A stretch of DNA of 13,305 bases from Armatimonadota bacterium (lineage in GTDB: Bacteria; Vulcanimicrobiota; JACPDS01; JBDRKI01). Location of the stretch: assembly GCA_043814095.1 (NCBI GenBank), contig JBDRKI010000066.1, positions 1 to 13,305 of the forward strand. The letters are read 5' to 3'. The notes under the pieces were generated by a model. The model saw nothing but the letters and a program-made list of their open reading frames with translations, was not told where the DNA came from and did no database searches. The translations under genes and the position numbers were made by a program. Of the stretch, positions 6,892-13,305 are shown piece after piece (position 1 is the first letter of the stretch; the number at the start of each line of letters is the position of its first letter).

Positions 6892-7581
6892 TTAACGCAG
6901 CATCTGCTCAATTATCAAAGAATTCGATACCGACTTTACTCCGGGCATGCTTCTTACTATGTCTTCCACCGCCTTATAATCTTCAAGACGCGATACAGAT
7001 CCTAATAGATTTACATGACCTTCTTTAACATTCACATCCAGTTTAGAGACATGAACATCTAAATTCCTCTTTATCGCACTGTATACTTTATAACGTAACT
7101 CTTCATTGCTAACAGGCACACTTTCAAGTTTCTTGCCTTCCTCCAGATGATATAACGCCTCCAGAACATCGTGGGAAGTTACGCACCCCACTACCCTGTC
7201 TTTCCTTACAACGGGAAGGCGGTATATATTTTTGCTTAACATAAGCTCCACGACATCAACCACATTCGTATTCTCGTCTATGGAAATAATATCCGTTTCC
7301 ATAATGTCTTTGGCGGTACCGCCGTATAATTTTTTCTGCTCTTTAATAAATTCGTTATGGTCAAGGTGTATCTCTATCTTTTCCTCGCCCGTCTGGGCTT
7401 TATGCAGCTTCATTCTGGAAAGAAGATTTTTTTCCAGAATATACCCTATAACTTTATTATTATTATCTAAAACGGGTAAAAACGGTGTGTCCAGACTTAT
7501 CATAATCTGGAATATTTCCTTAACGCTGGTTTGCGGGGAAACATATATTAAGTCCCTGCCCATTATGTCTCTAGCTATCAT
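6892..7581 (-). CDS. CBS-pair + C-terminal BON domain protein
   Basis: Two CBS motifs (ARDIM...LPVLD...VIGYI and AKDIM...RLPVV...VVGCVTSHDVL). BON-like C-terminus (LDVNVKEGHVNLLGSV...MPGVKSVSNSL). Start moved to ATG 7581 because GAGGTG is its SD. Confidence 0.88.
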   Translation of the reverse strand: MIARDIMGRDLIYVSPQTSVKEIFQIMISLDTPFLPVLDNNNKVIGYILEKNLLSRMKLHKAQTGEEKIEIHLDHNEFIKEQKKLYGGTAKDIMETDIISIDENTNVVDVVELMLSKNIYRLPVVRKDRVVGCVTSHDVLEALYHLEEGKKLESVPVSNEELRYKVYSAIKRNLDVHVSKLDVNVKEGHVNLLGSVSRLEDYKAVEDIVRSMPGVKSVSNSLIIEQMLR

Positions 7582-7787
7582 AGATGCCACCTCTTTTAAA
7601 TAAATGTTTTGACCTATATTTATTTTATATATAAATATTTTTTCCTTTTTTACGCCCTAGTGCTTCTTCTAAGCTTTTTAATCCTGTTTCTTTATTTTTT
7701 TAAAGGATTTATATAAATTTTATAGAAATTTTATTAATTACTTTACCATTTTCATTTGATTGACGGGGGTGTAATATTATAACTAAA

Positions 7788-9386
7788 ATGCATTTTACCT
7801 TAGACAAGATATATAATAAAATCGAACAGCTGTATTCAGATATAACCACGGAAAGCGTCTTTTTAAGCATCTTTTTATTTCCCGTAATAACCTTTTTGGT
7901 TCTCAGTCTTATCTATAACATAATTTTCAAGAAACTGCGTATGCGGAATTTTTCCTTAAAATACCTGTTTGATAAAATAAGGATACTCGCATATTTTTAT
8001 GTCATATTGATACCGCTTCTTATGATCGCGATTAACTGGCCTGACGCTTATTTCGGAGACTTCCTTTTCAGAACTTTCTATTACCTTACAATACTGGTAA
8101 CCGTTATTTTAGTAATAGAAGTAGTCTTAACGCTCTTTTTTGACCTTTTTATCGTTAAGAAACAAAAAACCGGCGTCCCGTACCTGTTTAAGGACCTTGT
8201 AAAATTCACCCTCTATTTTATATTATTCATGGTTATTTTAGGTGAAGCTTTAGAACTCAATCTACAGACGCTTTTAACCACATCAGCGGTATTCTCGATT
8301 ATCCTGGGTCTAGCTCTGCAGGATACACTGGGAAACCTTTTCTCAGGACTTGCAATGCACCTGTCCAAGCCTTATTCTATCGGAGACTGGATACAGGTCG
8401 GAGATAATACGGGAAAAGTTGAAAAAATAGACTGGAGATCAACAACAATAAAAACCTTTACCGATGATTATCTGACCATACCCAACAGTAATATATCCAA
8501 GGTGGAAATAGAAAATTTTTCCACGCCATCCATAGTACACGCGAGACATATAGAAGTAGGCGTGCATTACAGATACGCGCCCAATAAAGTTAAAAAATCC
8601 ATCCTGAAATCCGTACTGGAAACAGAAGGCGTGCTACATGATCCTTTCCCTAAAATATTCCTGGAAGAATTCGGAGATTTTTCCGTAAAATACAAAGTCA
8701 GGTTATGGATAGATAATTTTGCTTCGCACAGGGCCATAGAATCACAGGCAAAAGAAAGAATCTGGTACAGGTTTAAAAGAGACGGGATTGAAATCCCGTT
8801 CCCGATAAGAAACGTATACCAGCATAAAGTTGAAACTTATGAAGAAAGACTGGATAACATCGTAAATATATTAAAAATGGTAGACTTTCTGCGGGAACTT
8901 TCGGAGAACGACCTTTTAGCTTTAGCTTCAAAAGTTAAACACCAGATATTCGCAGCCGGCGAAGTTATATTTAACCAGGGCGCCTCGGGTAAAACTTTCT
9001 ATATAATAACTTCGGGACATATGCAGGTTACTGTTAAAAACAAATGCGGTGAAGTTGTCCTCGTAAGAGAAATGGGGCAGTACGATTTCTTCGGCGAGAT
9101 GTCCCTTCTTACAGGAGATCCCAGGTCCGCGACCGTATCTGCCATAGAAGACTGCGAGGTACTGGTACTGGATAAAGAAGACTTAAGAGAGCTTCTTGAG
9201 AAAAATGAAAATGTAAGGGACGGCATATCAAAGATACTCGCCGAACGCCAGATACGCACGCAGAAATCCATAGAAGAATGTTCACTGGAAGAAGAAGAAG
9301 AGATGATTGATTCTAAAACGCCGGGCGCGTTTGAAATACTGCACAAACAGATATTAAAGAAGATAACCGACTTTTTCTCAATGTAA
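7788..9386 (+). CDS. MscS-family channel fused to a cyclic-nucleotide-binding domain (bCNG-like)
   Basis: LGLALQDTLGNLFSG, PYSIGDWIQVG, GKVEKIDWRST, IPNS and GIEIPFP (MscS). IFNQG...FYII.SG...FFGEMSLLTGDPRSATV (cNMP phosphate-binding cassette). Confidence 0.93.
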   Translation: MHFTLDKIYNKIEQLYSDITTESVFLSIFLFPVITFLVLSLIYNIIFKKLRMRNFSLKYLFDKIRILAYFYVILIPLLMIAINWPDAYFGDFLFRTFYYLTILVTVILVIEVVLTLFFDLFIVKKQKTGVPYLFKDLVKFTLYFILFMVILGEALELNLQTLLTTSAVFSIILGLALQDTLGNLFSGLAMHLSKPYSIGDWIQVGDNTGKVEKIDWRSTTIKTFTDDYLTIPNSNISKVEIENFSTPSIVHARHIEVGVHYRYAPNKVKKSILKSVLETEGVLHDPFPKIFLEEFGDFSVKYKVRLWIDNFASHRAIESQAKERIWYRFKRDGIEIPFPIRNVYQHKVETYEERLDNIVNILKMVDFLRELSENDLLALASKVKHQIFAAGEVIFNQGASGKTFYIITSGHMQVTVKNKCGEVVLVREMGQYDFFGEMSLLTGDPRSATVSAIEDCEVLVLDKEDLRELLEKNENVRDGISKILAERQIRTQKSIEECSLEEEEEMIDSKTPGAFEILHKQILKKITDFFSM

Positions 9387-9388
9387 AT

Positions 9389-9412
9389 ATTTATTTATTT
9401 ATTTATTTATTT
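9389..9412. repeat. (ATTT)6 microsatellite in the convergent gap between mscS and pcm-2
   Basis: Six exact ATTT units spanning the 16-nt gap and the pcm-2 stop codon. Confidence 0.8.
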
Positions 9413-10152
9413 TTAACGGGAAGTTTCACGTCCTGGGTTTTATCCAGCATGGGGACAAAACTAACCGGTATTATATTTTCTACTTCTATTTTACCGTTTT
9501 TCTTTGTTATAATCTTTAATTCCTGATAAGGAAGCTCCCCCACTGGAATTACCATCTTGCCGCCTTCTGCCAGCTGGGAAACCAGCGCTTTGGGAAGTTC
9601 ATCCGGCGCGCATGTTACGATAATTGCGTCAAACGGAGCATGCTCGGGCCACCCAAGCCAGCCGTTGCCGCATTTCACATAAACATTTCCATACCCCATT
9701 GATTTAAGACGCTTTCTCGCACTGTCCGCAAGATAATCAAATATCTCTATGGTATAGACTTTTTTTGCCAGTTCTCCAAGCACCGCCGCCTGGTAGCCTG
9801 ATCCGGTGCCTATCTCAAGAACTTTCTCGTTTCCCTTAAGAGCAAGCATTTCGGTCATAAGCGCTACGACATAAGGCTGTGATATAGTCTGCCCTTCGCC
9901 TATGGGAAGAGGATGATCGGCATAAGCCGAATCCTTCATGGGATCGGGAACAAAAAGATGGCGTTTGACTTTACTCATGGCGTCAAGCACCCTTCTGTCT
10001 ATTACCCCGCGCTCTATAAGCTGGGTCTCAACCATCTGGATGCGGACTTTCTCAAATTTTTTCTCTTCATCGCTTGAAGAATTTGAAAAATATATAAGCC
10101 CGGCTGCGATTATTATGATAAGCGCTATTATAAAAATGACTTTATTTTTCAT
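9403..10152 (-). CDS. pcm: PIMT paralogue with N-terminal membrane anchor/signal (pcm-2)
   Basis: Canonical [22 protein letters not shown] and FVPM motifs. N-terminus [33 protein letters not shown]. Confidence 0.92.
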   Translation of the reverse strand: MKNKVIFIIALIIIIAAGLIYFSNSSSDEEKKFEKVRIQMVETQLIERGVIDRRVLDAMSKVKRHLFVPDPMKDSAYADHPLPIGEGQTISQPYVVALMTEMLALKGNEKVLEIGTGSGYQAAVLGELAKKVYTIEIFDYLADSARKRLKSMGYGNVYVKCGNGWLGWPEHAPFDAIIVTCAPDELPKALVSQLAEGGKMVIPVGELPYQELKIITKKNGKIEVENIIPVSFVPMLDKTQDVKLPVKNK

Positions 10153-10163
10153 CCATACTCCAT

Positions 10164-10892
10164 TTATTTATTTTGCGTTTTTTCTATCATGGGAACAAAA
10201 GTAACGGGCGTAATACTTTCCTCTTCTATTTTGCCGTTTTTCTTTGTTATAACCTTTAATTCCTGGTGGGGGACTTCTCCCAGAGGGAGAACCATCTTCC
10301 CGCCCTCTGCCAGTTCCTTTATAAGCTCTTTCGGCAGCTCATCCGGGGCACAGCGCAGAATGATAGCGTCAAACGGTCCATGCTCCGGCCAGCCCAGCCA
10401 GCCGTTGCCGCATTTCACATAAACATTTTTATAACCCGCGGCTTTTAAATTCCTGCGGGCGCACTCAGCCAGATACTCCCGTATTTCTATCGTGTAAACC
10501 TCTTTTGCTATCTCAGCCAGCACGGCCGACTGATAACCAAAACCCGTGCCTATTTCAAGCACCTTCTCCCCGCCTTTAAGACCAAGAAGTTCTACCATCA
10601 TAGCATTAGTATGCGGTGGAGAAATAGTCTGCCCGTCGCCTATGGGAAGGGGATTATCGGTATAAGCAAGGTCTTTCACTGCTTCGGGAACAAAAAGATG
10701 GCGTTTAACCTTGCTCATGGCATCAATCACTTTTTTATCTATTACCCCGCGCTCTATAAGCTGGGTCTCAACCATCTGGATGCGGGCTTTCTCAAAATAT
10801 TTTTCTTCGTTGCTTGAAGAATTTGACAAATATATAAGGCCGGCCATGATTATTATGATAAGCGTTATTATAAAAACCGCTTTATTTTTCAT
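10164..10892 (-). CDS. pcm: Divergent PIMT paralogue with N-terminal membrane anchor/signal (pcm-3)
   Basis: About 75% identical to pcm-2 (181/240, hand count). Start moved to ATG 10892, which has the same GGAGTATGG-ATG leader as pcm-2 (offset 740 nt). Altered motifs [14 protein letters not shown] and AIILR. Confidence 0.85.
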   Translation of the reverse strand: MKNKAVFIITLIIIIMAGLIYLSNSSSNEEKYFEKARIQMVETQLIERGVIDKKVIDAMSKVKRHLFVPEAVKDLAYTDNPLPIGDGQTISPPHTNAMMVELLGLKGGEKVLEIGTGFGYQSAVLAEIAKEVYTIEIREYLAECARRNLKAAGYKNVYVKCGNGWLGWPEHGPFDAIILRCAPDELPKELIKELAEGGKMVLPLGEVPHQELKVITKKNGKIEEESITPVTFVPMIEKTQNK

Positions 10893-10996
10893 CCATACTC
10901 CGTAAAAATAAGACATATATACATTTATTATACCTTATTTGTTCTTTTTTTAACAGAGCGGCTTAAACCTATATAACAAGGGTATTTATTAAAAAG

Positions 10997-12454
10997 TTAT
11001 CCTTTAATTACGGCAAGAGGACGCATTTTTGCAACTTTTTTAGCGATACCGGCACCTTCGCATACATTAACTATATCACTCACGTTTTTATACGCCATAG
11101 GAGCTTCCTCAGCCAGTCCGGAATAACTGTCAGTCCTTACAAGTATGCCTTTGGAATTTAAATCTTTCTCTAAATCACGGCCATGTATCTTCTTCTTAGC
11201 GGCCTTTCTTGAAAGAACCCTTCCCGCCCCGTGGCAGGATGAGGAAAATGAAAGTTCTTCCGCGCCTTCACCTGCAACACAGACATATGAATATCTTCCC
11301 ATATCGCCGGGCACTAAAACAGGCTGTCCTATATCTTTATAATCAGCCGGCAGTTCTTTATGGCCTTTACCGAAGGCACGGGTTGCGCCTTTCCTGTGCA
11401 CACAAAGAACTCTTTCTTTACCCTCCACTATATGGGTCTCAATTTTAGCTATATTATGACATACATCATATACAAGCCCCATCCCTAAATCACGGGCAGA
11501 ACTTCTGAACACTTTTTCAAAACCTGCCCTTATAAAATGGGTCATACACTGCCTGTTCGCCCACGCGAAATTAGCGGCTCCTGCCATAGCTCCTAAATAA
11601 TCTTGACCTTCCCTGCTTTTTAAAGGAGCGCAGGCAAGCTGTCTGTCAGGAACAACTATTTTATATTTATTCAAAGCCCTTATCATAACTTCTATGTATT
11701 CCGTACATACCTGGTGGCCCAGCCCCCTGGAACCGCTGTGAAGAAGAACTACAACCTGATCTTTAAAAAGTCCGAAAGCATCAGCCACACCAATATCATA
11801 TATCTCATCAACTATCTGAATTTCAAGAAAATGATTCCCCGAACCAAGCGTACCCAACTGGTTAATCCCCCTTTTATATGAAGCACTGCTTACTTTATCT
11901 GGATCAGCTTCCTCCATACATCCGAAACTCTCGGTATTTATGATATCCTCTTCGGCACCGTAAGAGTTTTTAACCGCCCATCTGCTCCCGTATTTTAAAA
12001 CCTGTTTTAAAACATCAAAGCTATCCAGCCTTATTTTCCTGTTCTCTTTCCCTACCCCGCTCGGTATTTCACTAAATAACAAGTTTAAAAGCACATCAAG
12101 CTTATCTTTAATATCATCATAACTAAGATGGGACCTTATAAGTCTTACCCCGCAATTTATATCAAAACCAACCGAGCCCGGAGATATTACGCCTTCATCC
12201 ATATCAAATGCCGCAACCCCTCCTATGGGAAATCCGTATCCCCAGTGGATATCGGGCATGGCAACAGCCTGCTTTACTATCCCGGGCATGCACGCTACAT
12301 TTGCCAGCTGCTGGACCGCTTCTTCTTTTTCCATCTGTTTCATCAATTTATCATCAGCAAAAACAACGGCAGGCACATTCATCCCTTGTTTATAATCCTT
12401 ACCCAAAACCCATTTATAATCAGATACTTTTTTAATCTTATCACGCCAGCTCAT
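10997..12454 (-). CDS. rtcB: RtcB RNA ligase (3'-phosphate/2',3'-cyclic phosphate to 5'-OH), archease-associated type
   Basis: MPDIHWGYGFPIGG, GFDINCGVR, GTLGSGNHFLE, HSGSRG, HN, HRKGAT, PGDMG, HGAGR, EEAPMAYK and C-terminal IKG motifs. Start moved to ATG 12454, with SD GAGGTG overlapping the archease stop. Confidence 0.97.
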   Translation of the reverse strand: MSWRDKIKKVSDYKWVLGKDYKQGMNVPAVVFADDKLMKQMEKEEAVQQLANVACMPGIVKQAVAMPDIHWGYGFPIGGVAAFDMDEGVISPGSVGFDINCGVRLIRSHLSYDDIKDKLDVLLNLLFSEIPSGVGKENRKIRLDSFDVLKQVLKYGSRWAVKNSYGAEEDIINTESFGCMEEADPDKVSSASYKRGINQLGTLGSGNHFLEIQIVDEIYDIGVADAFGLFKDQVVVLLHSGSRGLGHQVCTEYIEVMIRALNKYKIVVPDRQLACAPLKSREGQDYLGAMAGAANFAWANRQCMTHFIRAGFEKVFRSSARDLGMGLVYDVCHNIAKIETHIVEGKERVLCVHRKGATRAFGKGHKELPADYKDIGQPVLVPGDMGRYSYVCVAGEGAEELSFSSSCHGAGRVLSRKAAKKKIHGRDLEKDLNSKGILVRTDSYSGLAEEAPMAYKNVSDIVNVCEGAGIAKKVAKMRPLAVIKG

Positions 12455-12461
12455 AACCACC

Positions 12462-12893
12462 TCAGACATCAAATACAACTTTAACCTTATAATCAACCTT
12501 ATCTTTCACAATCTTAACATCATAATAAGTAGCGGCTTTAATATTTCTCTTCTTTACATTATCTTTTTCCCCGATATAAAGATAAAAACAGTTAACTTCC
12601 AGTTTCTTGCTCAAAAAAGAAAGGTTAAATTTAACAGGAACCTTATCTTCAACTTCAACCAGATATATAATCTTATTTAAGAATTGTATTAAACAATTCT
12701 CATAATCAATAAATTCAATTAAGAATTTATCTTCACATAAATCAGATTTATAATCAGATTTCTTAAATGAAGCAATATCTACAAATTCAGAAAGCAAACC
12801 TTCGGCTGTATTAACCAACAACTCTTCAATTGTCTTCCCCGAAGCGCTTATGCTTATATCAGCTGTATGTTCTTCCACCTTATATTTTTTCAT
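12462..12893 (-). CDS. Archease (RtcB activator)
   Basis: N-terminal EHTAD, C-terminal IKAATY and terminal FDV motifs. Immediately upstream of rtcB. ATG 12893 preferred to TTG 12926 because HTAD normally lies within ~10 residues of the start. Confidence 0.92.
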   Translation of the reverse strand: MKKYKVEEHTADISISASGKTIEELLVNTAEGLLSEFVDIASFKKSDYKSDLCEDKFLIEFIDYENCLIQFLNKIIYLVEVEDKVPVKFNLSFLSKKLEVNCFYLYIGEKDNVKKRNIKAATYYDVKIVKDKVDYKVKVVFDV

Positions 12894-12936
12894 AATTAAC
12901 AGAATAATTCGTTTTTTATAAAGCAAAAACCTTTAT

Positions 12937-12970
12937 AAACAAATAGAGACAGATTTTAACCTGTCTCTAT
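12937..12970 (-). terminator. Probable intrinsic terminator of the upstream minus-strand gene
   Basis: Perfect 10-bp stem ATAGAGACAG/CTGTCTCTAT (12943-12952, 12961-12970), followed by TTGTTT on the minus strand. Confidence 0.65.
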
Positions 12971-12995
12971 AAAGATATTAAATCCAAATTATTCT

Positions 12996-13304
12996 TTAGC
13001 TGCCGGAATAACGCCACTTTGTAATGGTATTTTCCCAGCCGTTTTCATATATGGCTTTTAAACAGAATGATGAAGAACTTGAAACGTCTCTTGCTCCGGG
13101 GAAATAACTTCCTTCAACCTTTATTTCCTTCAAGCCCTTTGTCGGAATTATATATTCCATGGGGCTGAGTGAACCAAAAACACCAAACTTCTGCTTGGTA
13201 CAGCTTACTTTTATATCATTACCATATTCTTCAAAACCTATATTGGCGCCAATTAACCCACCATAATGAAGTTTGGGATTAATGGAAAATACTATGCCTT
13301 TTTT
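12996..13304 (-). CDS. 3' end of a hypothetical protein, start outside window (not in ORF track)
   Basis: Frame open from the window edge to TAA at 12998-12996: ...KKGIVFSINPKLHYGGLIGANIGFEEYGNDIKVSCTKQKFGVFGSLSPMEYIIPTKGLKEIKVEGSYFPGARDVSSSSFCLKAIYENGWENTITKWRYSGS*. Followed by a terminator. Confidence 0.65.
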   Translation of the reverse strand, partial: KKGIVFSINPKLHYGGLIGANIGFEEYGNDIKVSCTKQKFGVFGSLSPMEYIIPTKGLKEIKVEGSYFPGARDVSSSSSFCLKAIYENGWENTITKWRYSGS

Positions 13305-13305
13305 A

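Noticed and set aside
7757..7790. Leaderless or non-ATG start for the MscS gene (TTGATT-16-TATAAC just before ATG; GGGGGTG 16 nt upstream)
   Set aside because: Spacings fit neither model well and cannot be resolved from sequence alone.
10997..12454. Intein or intron in rtcB
   Set aside because: 485 aa with all motifs contiguous, which is normal length.
5067..12484. Opposite-strand ORFs 5067-5309, 7232-7603, 8999-9346, 9938-10204, 10189-10422, 10266-10448, 10611-10817, 10711-10905, 11145-11342, 11209-11448, 12128-12484 and 12208-12435
   Set aside because: Antisense to well-supported genes. Similarity between 9938-10204 and 10711-10905 simply mirrors the pcm duplication.
12894..12995. Sigma54 (RtcR-type) promoter or Y-RNA/tRNA-like gene upstream of archease-rtcB
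   Set aside because: No GG-N10-GC motif at correct spacing, and the short gap is largely occupied by one hairpin.
12989..13048. 19-aa minus-strand peptide MKTAGKIPLQSGVIPAAKE
   Set aside because: Out-of-frame overlap with the longer 12996-13304 frame, and no SD.

Overview
Low-GC bacterial chromosomal window with mostly housekeeping and stress-repair content. Left to right: (1) the right end of an IS1202-like (formerly ISNCY) insertion sequence; (2) a sigma70-promoted operon of HD-hydrolase, secD and secF, ending at a bidirectional terminator shared with a convergent RpoZ(omega)-like gene; (3) a ~602-bp tandem duplication, each copy carrying a 116-aa two-TM protein of unknown family and a near-identical structured 3' element; (4) an orphan SoxB/DadA-family FAD oxidoreductase; (5) a cluster with three protein-L-isoaspartate O-methyltransferase (pcm) paralogues, a CBS-BON protein, an MscS channel fused to a cNMP-binding domain, and archease-rtcB; (6) the 3' end of an unknown gene. 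Best candidates for new biology: two PIMT paralogues with N-terminal membrane anchors (one with altered active-site motifs) lying downstream of archease-rtcB, and the duplicated membrane-protein gene with its conserved CU-loop hairpin. All calls come from motif recognition by eye and hand counts. No searches were run.
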